A DNA stretch of 64,000 nucleotides from a virus (IMGVR_UViG_3300037116_000062:6120-70119), one strand, 5' to 3'; shown: positions 37,718 through 48,209, counted from the stretch's first letter. Made by a program: numbers and translations. Notes: generated by a model not told the origin, from the sequence alone.

Positions 37718-40700
37718 TGGTGGGCAACCTCAGAAGTCCCCTCGCTACGCGCCAATCTACTCGGGAAGGTTCTTTAACGGTCTGAACACAAATCGGTCCC
37801 CACTGCGTGCTGCGAGTGCGAATCACATTTACGAGAAGTTCTACAGCGACTCCTCAGGTGACGCACTCATCGCGGGTCTGAATCTGGAAGTGTCGAACAG
37901 GCTGACCCTTATCCGTCGCCCAGGCAATCCGATTTACGATAACACGCACACGTACAACGACCCGTGGCACTTTGACGAGTTCCGCGTCAACAAGTTGCAG
38001 GATGACGTCCTCGGCTCCGTGCAAGAGCAAATCTTCACGCTCGTTGACGAGAGCGCGGGAAGCCAATACGGCGCGGGAACCGTTTACTCACTGACCCCGA
38101 CTTTCGAACGCGGCGGCGACGCGACTGATGGCGGACTCAGTTTTGTGAAGGGCGCAGGCGCAGGCCAGACGTACTTCCAAGCAGTAGGCAACGAACTCTA
38201 TTTTGGCGACGGCGTCGAGAACAAGAAATGGCTGCAGTCGATAATCAACCGCAATGCCGTAGGTGCGAATGGTTTCTACCTCCAAGGACCGCCCAACAAT
38301 CCGTCGGGCGCGTACCCGTTTGGGACGTACCTCCTCGATTGGAATACGGGCAATCCCCAAGAGTTCATCGGAATCACGATCGGCACGGTGACGAATGTCG
38401 CCATGTCAGCGAACGTGCTCACCCTCACAGTAGACCTCGCAACCCCCTCAGCGGGGCTAACCGTTCCGAACGCTGATGTAAACGATTACGTCGTGAACAC
38501 GCCCTTCCAGTTGTGGGGCTTCACAGACGCGGACAACTTGTGGTTGAACGGGATTACGATTTTCCTTCAAGCGGCGTACACCCACACCAACTCCTCGTCC
38601 ACGACTTTCGTCGCGCAGGTGAATCACGCGACGAACTACACCCAGGCAGTCACATCCCCGAATTTGACTTACATCATCCAATCGGGAACCGCGCCCGTAG
38701 TCGCACAACTCAGTACGACCACTATACCCACTTACAACACGCAAGTTCCGACTGCCGCGAATCTGTACCAGAGCGGACTGACCCTAGACGGCAACACGGT
38801 CTGGGCAAATCGCGGAACTCCGTCCACGGGTGGATACAACCAGAATCCGAACGTAGAAAACTGGGGAATCCAACCCCCGACAGGGAAACCGACATACTCC
38901 GTTTCGGGGTCTGAGCAGTCGTGGCAGAAGAACACCTATTACTCCCCTGCGTCCGTCTATGTTGGCCCAGGTGGGTATCTCTGGCAAATTTCCAAGGCGG
39001 GCACCACGGGAACGGGAACAGTGTTCCCGAATCCTCCCCCCGCCGTCGGCATAGTGCCTGCTACGTCCCAACAGGCTCTAATCACGAATGTCTATATCTC
39101 AGGGAATGTCGCCTACTTCACGACGGCCACTCAATCTCTCGCGACGGGTAACATCGTGAATATTAGTGACCTCTCCGTCGCAACCTTCTTGAACGGAGAA
39201 CAGCTTACTGTTCTTTCGGGGGCGACTCCTACATCTTTCTCGGCGACCGTATCCACTGTGTCTTACCCGACCACGCCCGACTCAGGTCTTGTGACTCTGC
39301 CAGGGTATGTGTTACAGGACGGAACCGCGCAATGGACGGCGATCCAAACTCCTGCATCTCTCATCTGGGAACCGAATACGCATTACAACATCGGGTCTTT
39401 CATCATAGCGACGACGTCCGCTGGACCGCAACTATTCCAACTCAGTGTGAATACCACATCCCTTGCGTTGAGCACCGCGATTACCGCGGGGTGGATTGCC
39501 CAATCCAGCAGTTGGCAAGGCGCAGTTAGTCTATGGAATACAAACGACCCGAACGCTACCACACACGGTGGTGGTGGGCCTGTATTCTCTGCATTCCCAG
39601 GCGGCCAAACTGGACCCGTCCCCTCCCTTGATTGGAATGGCGTAGGCCCCGGCGGAACGATTATCGTTAACACGCTGAATGGCGCGGGCGCAATCATCCC
39701 GCCTCAAGTCCCTCTCCCGGGCAGCCCCGCTAATGGGCCATTCTGGGCAGCCGCGACAGGTTCTATGTTCATCCCAGCCCCGGGATCTTACGTCTTCACG
39801 ATCACAACCGAAGACGCAGGGTTCTTCTCCTTCCAGACGACAGCTAATGCGTCTGGCGGAATCGCCTCTGTGTCGGGGAACACTTTCATTCCCCAAACAG
39901 GTGGGGTCGCACGACAGGTCACGGTAGTAGATGGGTACGGTAGCCTAACAGGAGGCACGTCCCTTTGTGGCACGGACAACACTGGCGGGACAGGCACCAC
40001 AGGGATGTCCTGCACATGGACATTCACGAAGGCGGGGAACTACAACTACGAAGTGGACTACGGACACAGGACGGGGACTCCCCGTTACATGACGCTCAAG
40101 TATGGCACGGCGCTCGAAATCCCGCCCTACCCGAGCGAGTCAGGAGCAACCGCGCCCCTATGGACACCTTTCACCACCACAGGGATGCAGTATGTGAACG
40201 GTCAGATTGTATGGCCCGCGACCGCGACCGACGGACAGTACACGTGGAACAACCTTGGCCCGATGACGGATTACGTCTATGTGGCCAACACTCCATACAC
40301 GCTGCCCGCGAGCACGATTATCGATTCAAACGGCAACCAAGAAGGCGTGGCCGAAACGGGCATTTCGGATACGACTCAACCAACATGGCCCACGGCAATC
40401 AACACGGTTACCCCCGACACGGGATATCCGACCCTTCAGTGGCTTAATGAAGGCCCACTGGCCTCGTCAACCACTCCTGGCACGATCGCAGCGACGTCCG
40501 TGCAGGGCTACCTTTATTGGATTGCCCTTGTGAACACGCTGGACAATTCTGTGTCAAACCTCGGCCCTGTGTCGTTGTCGACGGGTTCGTTCATCAATGG
40601 GGTGGTATCCTTCAGCCCAGGTTCAGGATTGCCCACGGTAAATGGGGTGGTCACTGTTGACCCACAAGACGACTATGTCGCCATCTTCAGAACTGCGGAT

Positions 40701-41963
40701 GGGTTTACGACGCCTCTGCTCATCCCAGGGTTTGTCACCTCGCCGTACACGGTTCCGCTGACTCAGTACATCCGAAATGGTTTCGTGGACAACTTCCCCG
40801 ACACTGAATTGAATGACCTCGTGCAGGGTGCTGAAGCAGGCGAGAACACTCCCCCAATTGTGGGAGCAATCAATCTCACATATGCACTCAACCGCATCTG
40901 GTACAGCCTTGGAAACACCGTCTATTACACGACGGGCCCGCAAGCCCCAAGTGGGAACGGAATTGATGGCGCGTCCCCGACTAACCTCTCTCCTTGTCCC
41001 TCACAGGTCAAGAGATTGGTGCCGACGGCGATTGGTATGCTGGTGTTCACCATCAGCGATATCTATATCATCCCAGGAAACGGTACGACTCAAAGCCCCA
41101 TCCAACCCGCGCTCCCGTATCTCACGGGCGTCGGCTTGGGAAATTACAACGGACTCGACATCAACGGTGGCATCATGGGCTTCTTCACGACTGACAAACA
41201 GTTCGTGATATTCGACCCGAGTGCCGGATTGAGTTACGTGGGTTATAACATCGGCGACCAACTCCGCCTCAACAACGGCACGGCTGGTCAGTCATGGAAC
41301 CCATCCACCGCATATGTCGCGTGGTATATCAACGGCGAAGACCAAGCGTGGTTCCTTGGTGACGCTGTCAATGGCTGGTACAAACTCATCGCAACGCCTG
41401 CCCCCGAAAGCGGGAACGGCGTAGTCGCATGGAGCCCCTTCGGGACTATCGCAGGCGGATCCGTGAGTGCGATCAAGGCAACGGAAGTCAGCCCTGGAGT
41501 CCACAGGCTGCTTGTTGGACAAACAAGTGCAACGGGTAGGATCCTGAATCGTGACCTGTCCGCAACCACGGACGCGGGCTCGACAGGAATCAACGGAACC
41601 ACTTACCCCGCGTACGGAGTAATCGGATCCATCGTGTTGGCGCAACCTGGGCAAATCGCCAAGGTCGCGTTCATTACGACGGTCTGTGTTCGCACAGGAA
41701 GCCCGCCAATCCTTGGCGTTCTTCTGGACGAGGCTCTACCGTATTACACGGGCAGCTTCGACGTCCTGAAACGCTGGACGAACGATCCCCCGAACCTGCC
41801 ACAAGGTAAATCATTCTACAGGCAGCGATTTTACCTTTGTGAAGACGAGGAGACTTCGGCGTACTGCATGGACATGCAGATCATGGTGCAGTTTCCAACC
41901 GAAGCCGCGCTCAACGAACTGCAGACGCTCACCGTGTTCGGTGCCTACGAAGTTGAGATGTAA
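37698..41963 (+). CDS. Large tail nozzle/tubular-B-like protein with inserted carbohydrate-binding modules
   Basis: 1421 aa; NLEVS...LIRRPG N-terminus and NRIW propeller region; PA14-like segment and WxxNTxY repeats. Confidence 0.7.
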   Translation: MSQIAANGGQPQKSPRYAPIYSGRFFNGLNTNRSPLRAASANHIYEKFYSDSSGDALIAGLNLEVSNRLTLIRRPGNPIYDNTHTYNDPWHFDEFRVNKLQDDVLGSVQEQIFTLVDESAGSQYGAGTVYSLTPTFERGGDATDGGLSFVKGAGAGQTYFQAVGNELYFGDGVENKKWLQSIINRNAVGANGFYLQGPPNNPSGAYPFGTYLLDWNTGNPQEFIGITIGTVTNVAMSANVLTLTVDLATPSAGLTVPNADVNDYVVNTPFQLWGFTDADNLWLNGITIFLQAAYTHTNSSSTTFVAQVNHATNYTQAVTSPNLTYIIQSGTAPVVAQLSTTTIPTYNTQVPTAANLYQSGLTLDGNTVWANRGTPSTGGYNQNPNVENWGIQPPTGKPTYSVSGSEQSWQKNTYYSPASVYVGPGGYLWQISKAGTTGTGTVFPNPPPAVGIVPATSQQALITNVYISGNVAYFTTATQSLATGNIVNISDLSVATFLNGEQLTVLSGATPTSFSATVSTVSYPTTPDSGLVTLPGYVLQDGTAQWTAIQTPASLIWEPNTHYNIGSFIIATTSAGPQLFQLSVNTTSLALSTAITAGWIAQSSSWQGAVSLWNTNDPNATTHGGGGPVFSAFPGGQTGPVPSLDWNGVGPGGTIIVNTLNGAGAIIPPQVPLPGSPANGPFWAAATGSMFIPAPGSYVFTITTEDAGFFSFQTTANASGGIASVSGNTFIPQTGGVARQVTVVDGYGSLTGGTSLCGTDNTGGTGTTGMSCTWTFTKAGNYNYEVDYGHRTGTPRYMTLKYGTALEIPPYPSESGATAPLWTPFTTTGMQYVNGQIVWPATATDGQYTWNNLGPMTDYVYVANTPYTLPASTIIDSNGNQEGVAETGISDTTQPTWPTAINTVTPDTGYPTLQWLNEGPLASSTTPGTIAATSVQGYLYWIALVNTLDNSVSNLGPVSLSTGSFINGVVSFSPGSGLPTVNGVVTVDPQDDYVAIFRTADGFTTPLLIPGFVTSPYTVPLTQYIRNGFVDNFPDTELNDLVQGAEAGENTPPIVGAINLTYALNRIWYSLGNTVYYTTGPQAPSGNGIDGASPTNLSPCPSQVKRLVPTAIGMLVFTISDIYIIPGNGTTQSPIQPALPYLTGVGLGNYNGLDINGGIMGFFTTDKQFVIFDPSAGLSYVGYNIGDQLRLNNGTAGQSWNPSTAYVAWYINGEDQAWFLGDAVNGWYKLIATPAPESGNGVVAWSPFGTIAGGSVSAIKATEVSPGVHRLLVGQTSATGRILNRDLSATTDAGSTGINGTTYPAYGVIGSIVLAQPGQIAKVAFITTVCVRTGSPPILGVLLDEALPYYTGSFDVLKRWTNDPPNLPQGKSFYRQRFYLCEDEETSAYCMDMQIMVQFPTEAALNELQTLTVFGAYEVEM

Positions 41964-41992
41964 CTCGTTGAAAACAAAGAACATTTAACCTC

Positions 41993-42039
41993 TTGACAAT
42001 CTTCTCCTATTGCTGTAAACTTAAGTAATAGGAGAAGAT
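41993..42039 (+). promoter_or_regulatory. sigma70 promoter embedded in an RBS-sequestering hairpin
   Basis: TTGACA-17-TAAACT; ATCTTCTCCTATTGCT pairs with AGTAATAGGAGAAGAT. Confidence 0.75.
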
Positions 42040-42633
42040 ATGGAGAACAATCATCCACGATTCCGCCTTCAAGGGCGGGAGCAAGAGGTTATCGCCGCCT
42101 ATCAAGGCGGCAGTTCAACTCCAACGATAGGGAAACTCTTTGGGGTAAGCCACGCTTCCATTCTGCAGGTGTTGAGGAAATTCAACGTCCCTCGACGCAC
42201 GCGAAGTGAAGCCAACATACAAACGCATTGCAAGAGGGGACACCCAATGGTGGAGGGCAACCTCTACTACATGAAGGGCGGGGTACGGAGTTGTTTGACT
42301 TGTCGCAAGGCAAATGGCAGACGTAGTCGATTTGGACTACGGCCTGAGGATATCGAAAGACGACTTCAGCAGCAGGAAGGGAAATGTGCTGTTTGTAGAA
42401 AGACTTTGAAAATCCCCCAAGCAGACCACGATCATTCCTGTTGTCCTGCGAAAACTAAAACTTGTGGAAAGTGTGTGCGAGATTTGTTGTGCAGGAACTG
42501 CAACCTCGCTGTCGGGAACGTGAAGGACGATATCTCAATAGCAGAATCCCTCGTCGCTTACCTGAAGAAATGGAAAACCCCCAATGTCCACCCTAGCAGA
42601 ACGACTGAAAACGCAATCGCTGCCGGGGTTTGA
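42040..42633 (+). mobile_element. Endonuclease VII-family homing endonuclease with an N-terminal HTH
   Basis: HTH (IGKLFGVS), THCKRGH, CAVC, DHDH and CRNCN. Confidence 0.87.
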
Positions 42634-43285
42634 GGCAGCCGAAAAATCAGTGAGCGCGCCCCCGGTATTACCCCCCGGGGTCGCTCCTCCTGCGAACAAA
42701 TATATTCGCTGTCCGTTGCCGCCGTTCGCGGTGAACATCGACACGCTAAGGCAGTACAACGAGGGCGGCGCGGTGCCAACACGCCGCGTCATCCCACTCC
42801 CTATTTCCGTGCAAGCGGGGTCGGGAACAACCATCAACAACTCTTTCGTTCAAAGTAGCAGTGGTGGAAGCAGCGGAGGAAGCAGCAGTGGAACAACACT
42901 GAAGGCGGTCACCGCGTTCGTGAACGTCTCTCCCTTGTCACCAATTGGCGTGTTCGCTACGACAGTTCAGATGGCAAAGTCGTTTCAACTCCTGCAGGTG
43001 ACTTTCAGCCAGCCCTTGGAAATTCGGCTGTATGGAACCTCGCTCGCGCAGGTGAGCGATATGGCCCGGCTCACAGACAACGCTCCGCCGTTCGAAATCA
43101 ATCACGTGATCACAGATGTCGTACTTGACACGGCTCCATACCAGTGGAGTTGGCAGAATAGGATTTGCGCAAACGCGGACAACCCCCAGACTACGACGAT
43201 CTACATCACCATCGTCAACCCCTCAGGGAGTGTGGGAACGTCATCCGCGAGTGTGGCTATAACATATCTTCCTTTAGAGGTGTGA
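42584..43285 (+). CDS. Putative tail protein
   Basis: P-rich N-terminus, S/G linker and beta domain; tail module. Confidence 0.6.
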   Translation: MSTLAERLKTQSLPGFEAAEKSVSAPPVLPPGVAPPANKYIRCPLPPFAVNIDTLRQYNEGGAVPTRRVIPLPISVQAGSGTTINNSFVQSSSGGSSGGSSSGTTLKAVTAFVNVSPLSPIGVFATTVQMAKSFQLLQVTFSQPLEIRLYGTSLAQVSDMARLTDNAPPFEINHVITDVVLDTAPYQWSWQNRICANADNPQTTTIYITIVNPSGSVGTSSASVAITYLPLEV

Positions 43286-43286
43286 T

Positions 43287-43589
43287 TTGAGTAACCGTGA
43301 AACGTATCCAGCTTCCCAATCGCCCCTGAAGGGCGACGTGTCAGGTCCCGCGGGCGCGACCCTAGTTACAGTGGTCGGGTTACTCGGGATTCCAATCACG
43401 CCAAGCGCCCCCGTACAAGGGAACACGCTCGTCTATAACTCAGTTACTAACACCTGGGTGCTGGGCGGGGCGAACTCGAATAACACGAGTATCCTGATCA
43501 ATGGGGCGGGTTACAGCGACGACTATGACATCGCGTGTAACCTCGTTCTAGGTATAGCCAAAAGTCCTACGTTAGTCAATGGTGCATAG
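43287..43589 (+). CDS. Putative tail fibre-associated protein
   Basis: LKGDVSG and GNTLVYN...W fibre linker motifs. Confidence 0.55.
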   Translation: MSNRETYPASQSPLKGDVSGPAGATLVTVVGLLGIPITPSAPVQGNTLVYNSVTNTWVLGGANSNNTSILINGAGYSDDYDIACNLVLGIAKSPTLVNGA

Positions 43590-43597
43590 GAGGAGTG

Positions 43598-44020
43598 ATG
43601 GGTAGAGATAAAGAACATTGGAACGCTTACATGCGGGAGTTTCGCAAGACCCATCCCAGGACCGCGGAGAAACGCGCGGCTCAAAATGCACGTAATAGCC
43701 GCAACCAACAGAATGAAAAGACAACCCCCGAAGGGCGGCTCAGGGTGAAGAACCGCTACTTTCTTCGGGAGCACGGGATTACCCTAGAGCAGAGAAATGC
43801 CATCATTGTAGAACAGGACAATCTCTGCTTAATTTGTGGGCGTCTTTTAGGAGACGACAACATGGGGGCGCTCTCTCCTGTTGTCGACCACAGCCATCTC
43901 ACAGGCAAACGTCGAGGCATACTACATCGAGTTTGCAATTCCGCCATAGGGTTGCTGGAAGATAGCCCTGATTTGCTCAGGCGTGCTGCTGACTACTTGG
44001 AGAAATCACAGTGTCCATAA
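43598..44020 (+). mobile_element. Endonuclease VII-family homing endonuclease
   Basis: QDNLCLICG and VDHSHLTGKRRGILHRVCN. Confidence 0.87.
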
Positions 44021-44484
44021 ATCTGAACGATTCAATCCCTGCGGCCCCAGCGGGTTCAACAAACGTAAAGTGGGCTGAGGACACTTCTGGCAACGTAAGT
44101 GCATACACTTCGGGCGCGCCCGTGATCACTACGAGTTCCGTCGACCTGACGGGCCGAGTGGCCAACATCGGCGGGACGAACCTCATCGCTTCACCGACAG
44201 CGGGATGCTATCGCATCTCGGTTTACATCGCAGTCACGACCGCAGGCGGGTCATCCTCGACTCTGCCAGCCACAGTGTTCACGTGGAACGACCAGCAGAG
44301 CGGCTACGCAATGAGTCTGACACTCACACCAACCAACAGTGGCGACTCGCTGGGCACCTTCCAAGACGCCGTCGGATTCATATCGGCGAATACGTCCGCT
44401 ATTCAGTACTCGACCACAGGGTATGTTTCCGCGGGCTCGCCCCAAATGGCCTATGCCCTCCATATAAGAATTGAGCAGATGTAG
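44011..44484 (+). CDS. Putative tail protein
   Basis: T/S-rich beta protein in the tail module. Confidence 0.55.
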   Translation: MSINLNDSIPAAPAGSTNVKWAEDTSGNVSAYTSGAPVITTSSVDLTGRVANIGGTNLIASPTAGCYRISVYIAVTTAGGSSSTLPATVFTWNDQQSGYAMSLTLTPTNSGDSLGTFQDAVGFISANTSAIQYSTTGYVSAGSPQMAYALHIRIEQM

Positions 44485-44502
44485 AGCGGTTTAAGGAGTT
44501 TC

Positions 44503-46068
44503 ATGGCAACGAACATCAACCTCAAAGGTGTCACGGAACTTCTAATCACAGGGATTACTTCCCCCTCCATCTCGCATGGCGTCGTATCATTCACGATCCC
44601 GGGGGCAGCCCCTGGCGGGTCAAGTGGCGACATTCAATACAATAACGCGGGAGTGTTTGGCGGCTCTGCTGCAACGGTGGATGCCTCTGGCAACATCTCC
44701 GCGCTCACCGTGAATGCTACTACGGGATTTCAGATCGCAGGCGCAGCCCCTTCAGGGCATTTCCTTGTCGGCAACGGGACGAACTATGTAGACTCCACAT
44801 CCCTGCCCTCAGGCACGGTATTGTGGAATCAGATCGGCAACGCCGCAGGCAACCTCACGCTCGCAAACGCGGGCTATACGACGACCTTCAACCAGACAGG
44901 CGCGGTTGCTTGGATTTGGGCTAACACTACGGTAGGGACCGTAGGGAGTACCAACGCATCTCCACTGCTAGAACTCGCAGCACAGTACTGGGCGACAGGG
45001 GGAGTAACTGGCACGGACTTGTGGACAGTCGGTATTGCAGCGTTGACTGCGGGATTGAACAGTCCTAGCACGCTGACGTTCACCCATACAGGCAGCACAG
45101 GGGTAGCAGCCGTGCGAGTTCCCCTGCTTGACATCGGCGGAACCGACACTGGCCTCTCCCGCCTTGGCGCGGCATCTATTGCTGTTGGCAACGGTACTGC
45201 GGGGGACTTCACAGGAAACCTGAAACTAGCAACCGCGCAGCTAGTTTCAGGCGGGTCGGTGTTCCCCCAGTTGTCCGTCACGAATACTTCTGCTGCAAAC
45301 AGAGCGTCTTTCGATGTTACCAATGACATAGGTACTCAGTTTGGTGGTGAAGTGTTTGGGTCCGCATTCGGCGGTGGATTCAGCAACGGGGTGTTCATAT
45401 ATGCAGCCAGCGGGTCTACTCCTGCCCCGTTTCTTAGGTTTGTTTCCAGCGGGGAGGTAGCCAGCGGGGGAACCACGCCAATTCAATTTTGCGCAGGTGG
45501 ATTCAGTGTGCTCCCACAGTTGTCAATTCTGCCTACTGGAGCATTGCAAATTGGGGGAACAGATTTATCACTTTTCCGAAACAGTGCGGGAGTCATCGGC
45601 ATTGGCGATGGTACTGTCACCAACTTCGGCTCTATTCTAGCTGCTAACTACGGTGCTTTGGCTAATGGTCTGTTCAGATGGACTAACGTAGCTAATACTG
45701 TGTATGACACAGGCATCTCCCGCCTCGGTGCAGCGTCCTTGGCGATTGGCAACAGTACTGCTGGGAACACGACTGGCAACCTGAGTTTCAATCGCGTTAG
45801 TTTAGCAGGAGCAGACTTTGCGGGGCAAGCAACCATTACGGCAGCGGCAACAACCGTCGCAGTGACCTTTGCAGCCAACTACACAGGCACAAGGCAACCT
45901 GTAATTGTGTTGACGCCAACATCCGACCCACTCGCACTTGGTGTCCCTGTTGGATACTGGGTTACCTACAGCGGTAGTGCTGGAGCGTGGACGGGCTTTA
46001 CTGTGAACATTCAGGCTGCATTGGCAGGTAATGTTACTTTCAACTACTTGGTTGTGGGACAAGCGTAA
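44503..46068 (+). CDS. Tail fibre protein
   Basis: GGSSGDIQYNNAGVFG motif; internal repeat DTG(L/I)SRLGAAS(I/L)A(V/I)GN. Confidence 0.7.
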   Translation: MATNINLKGVTELLITGITSPSISHGVVSFTIPGAAPGGSSGDIQYNNAGVFGGSAATVDASGNISALTVNATTGFQIAGAAPSGHFLVGNGTNYVDSTSLPSGTVLWNQIGNAAGNLTLANAGYTTTFNQTGAVAWIWANTTVGTVGSTNASPLLELAAQYWATGGVTGTDLWTVGIAALTAGLNSPSTLTFTHTGSTGVAAVRVPLLDIGGTDTGLSRLGAASIAVGNGTAGDFTGNLKLATAQLVSGGSVFPQLSVTNTSAANRASFDVTNDIGTQFGGEVFGSAFGGGFSNGVFIYAASGSTPAPFLRFVSSGEVASGGTTPIQFCAGGFSVLPQLSILPTGALQIGGTDLSLFRNSAGVIGIGDGTVTNFGSILAANYGALANGLFRWTNVANTVYDTGISRLGAASLAIGNSTAGNTTGNLSFNRVSLAGADFAGQATITAAATTVAVTFAANYTGTRQPVIVLTPTSDPLALGVPVGYWVTYSGSAGAWTGFTVNIQAALAGNVTFNYLVVGQA

Positions 46069-46078
46069 AGGGATAAAA

Positions 46079-46432
46079 ATGATAACACTAGCAGCACAAG
46101 ACATAACCAGCACCGCCAAGATGTTCAACGGTACCACCCTCACCACGGTCACTGACACGCTGTTCGTCTCCTATATTGAGATCAACTTCGCAAGTGGCAC
46201 GGTTGTCGCGATGATTCAACGCGGAACCATGGTCAATGGGGTCTTCACAGTGAACTACCCGACAATGCGGGTGGACGTCGCCCCCGACGGCACCTTCCAA
46301 TCGCAAGACGGTCTATGGAGTGGCACTATCCCGAACTGGACAGCATCGCTCTCAGCCATCGCGGCACCTTTTGACGGACTACTGTTGTCGTCTACAGTGA
46401 CTAGCGGGACGGTAATCAAGGGGTCGCTGTAA
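46079..46432 (+). CDS. Hypothetical protein (possible fibre chaperone)
   Basis: AGGGA RBS; follows the fibre gene. Confidence 0.55.
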   Translation: MITLAAQDITSTAKMFNGTTLTTVTDTLFVSYIEINFASGTVVAMIQRGTMVNGVFTVNYPTMRVDVAPDGTFQSQDGLWSGTIPNWTASLSAIAAPFDGLLLSSTVTSGTVIKGSL

Positions 46433-46737
46433 TGCTTCCCGACCAGATTAACGTTCCCGTCGCAGAGGCTTCTGCGTCACAGGATGGATACGTCCACCGT
46501 GTGCTGGTCGCATTTGACGTCTTCGTGAACGTCCTCTTTAGGGGGCGGATGGACGAGACGATTTCGGCCCGATCCTATAGGGCAGCTCTCCAGGGCAAAC
46601 TGTGGGGGAAAGTCATGAACGCCTTCCTCAACCTGTTCCAAGCGAACCACGGGGCGCTCGCCGCCGCGGGAGATTTGGAGCGCGCGGATAGCGTAGCAGG
46701 CACTGAACAAAAGACACTTGACACGCCGTCCAAATAG
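46432..46737 (+). CDS. Conserved phage hypothetical protein
   Basis: VAFDVFVNVLFRG..DETISAR motif. Confidence 0.65.
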   Translation: MLPDQINVPVAEASASQDGYVHRVLVAFDVFVNVLFRGRMDETISARSYRAALQGKLWGKVMNAFLNLFQANHGALAAAGDLERADSVAGTEQKTLDTPSK

Positions 46738-46746
46738 GTGTAATAT
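46718..46746 (+). promoter_or_regulatory. sigma70 promoter
   Basis: TTGACA-17-TAATAT. Confidence 0.65.
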
Positions 46747-46764
46747 CAAGATAGGAGGAAATCT

Positions 46765-46995
46765 ATGTCCGAACCAACCACACCCCGAGTATCCGTCCCA
46801 TTAACCGCTGAACAGGCCACCGCACTGCTGAAAGCGCACCACGAGTATCTGGCAGCGAAGGTCGCCCGATTGGAAGCGAGCGAAGTGGAACTGAAGGCGG
46901 CGAACGCCGTGAATCAGGTCATCCAATCAATCCCGCGTCCCGACGCAGGAAACTGGGAAGTAAACCTGAAGGATGGAACGATCGACCCCAAGTAG
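46765..46995 (+). CDS. Small hypothetical protein
   Basis: AGGAGG RBS. Confidence 0.65.
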   Translation: MSEPTTPRVSVPLTAEQATALLKAHHEYLAAKVARLEASEVELKAANAVNQVIQSIPRPDAGNWEVNLKDGTIDPK

Positions 46996-47397
46996 GTGAC
47001 CGTGATCCAGATCAACCCGTTTGACCCAACTCAGGACAGCCCCGCATTGCAGAAAGCGATCGACGGGGCTGTCTTCCATCCTGGCGCTTGGAAATTGGCC
47101 GATTTCCTGCCTGACGAGTCTACTAAAGTGTGTGCCGTCATCAGCGATCAAAATGGCCCTATCGCGTATACGAGATACACGAAGGTGCTCCGCGTCTGTT
47201 GCGTCTGGAATGATGAAGCAGACTATTCGCGCAATGCGAAAGCGGTCATCTTCGGAATCAAAGACGCCGTAACTCGGGCGCGCGCGAGCGGATTTTCTGA
47301 AGTCATTATCCAATCGGCCAATCCGAAATTGGCCACATTTCTAGAAAACGTCCTCAAGATGAAAAAGAGTGACGGCGAATTTCTGCTATACGTTTAA
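46996..47397 (+). CDS. Degenerate GNAT-fold-like protein preceding the ejection genes
   Basis: Position typical of podophages; ARASGFSEV...LATFLE pattern. Confidence 0.45.
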   Translation: MTVIQINPFDPTQDSPALQKAIDGAVFHPGAWKLADFLPDESTKVCAVISDQNGPIAYTRYTKVLRVCCVWNDEADYSRNAKAVIFGIKDAVTRARASGFSEVIIQSANPKLATFLENVLKMKKSDGEFLLYV

Positions 47398-47411
47398 CCA
47401 AGGACACCCCC

Positions 47412-48200
47412 ATGTGCAACGGCGATACTCTCATCGGCAAGGCGTTAGGCACTTCGACAAGCGCAGAGAACAATATCAACAAATCGATTCAGCAGTTCTC
47501 TGGCACGCTATTGAGCGAAGCGAAAACTGTGTTCGGGGACGCGAACCAAACCTTCAACACCCTCTCTGGACAGGCCACGTCAATATTTAATGGCGGGCCA
47601 AGCCAACTGGGTTGGAGCGCGGGCCAAGTGTCCGCGACGAATGCAGGTATCGTGAACAACGCCGCGACTGCAGAGCGCAACTTGAAAGGTGCGGTAGTAG
47701 GCGGGTCCGCTCCTGGAGTTGGCGGAACTGAGAACCCGAACTTCGTAAACGCGGAAGCGAACCTGCAAAACCAGCAAGCAGTCGCAGAGAACCAAGCGAC
47801 TCAGGAAGATTACGCCCAGGGCAACAAAAACTGGCAGACTTCTGCGGGGATATTGCAGAATGCCCCGAGCGTGTTTAACGCCGCCCAAGGGTATAACTCA
47901 GAAGCAGCGAGCGAACTGAACACCGCGCAAAAGTCTCAAACGGCCCTTGACAAGCAGAACAACTGGCAAGGCGGGCTCATAAAGAGCGGCCTCAATATGG
48001 CAGCGGATTTCGCCACGGGCGGGGTCAGCGGCGCGGTTGGCGCAGGACTAGGCAACATGTCCAGCGACAGTTCTCTCGGCGAGAACCTGGGCAACTTCTG
48101 GAGTGGGGCAATCAATCCGGGCGGCACAGGTACTATGCCTGGAGGTGCTGGTACGACCTCAGGACCGAATGGTATCGGTATGGGACAATCGCAGGAATAA
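47412..48200 (+). CDS. Internal virion (ejection) protein, small
   Basis: MC start; N/Q/G/A-rich helical. Confidence 0.6.
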   Translation: MCNGDTLIGKALGTSTSAENNINKSIQQFSGTLLSEAKTVFGDANQTFNTLSGQATSIFNGGPSQLGWSAGQVSATNAGIVNNAATAERNLKGAVVGGSAPGVGGTENPNFVNAEANLQNQQAVAENQATQEDYAQGNKNWQTSAGILQNAPSVFNAAQGYNSEAASELNTAQKSQTALDKQNNWQGGLIKSGLNMAADFATGGVSGAVGAGLGNMSSDSSLGENLGNFWSGAINPGGTGTMPGGAGTTSGPNGIGMGQSQE

Positions 48201-48209
48201 GGAGACAGC

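Noticed and set aside
44503-46068. Diversity-generating retroelement or invertible tail-fibre cassette
   Set aside because: The internal repeat is an ordinary fibre repeat. No reverse transcriptase, invertase or adenine-specific TR/VR pair was seen.
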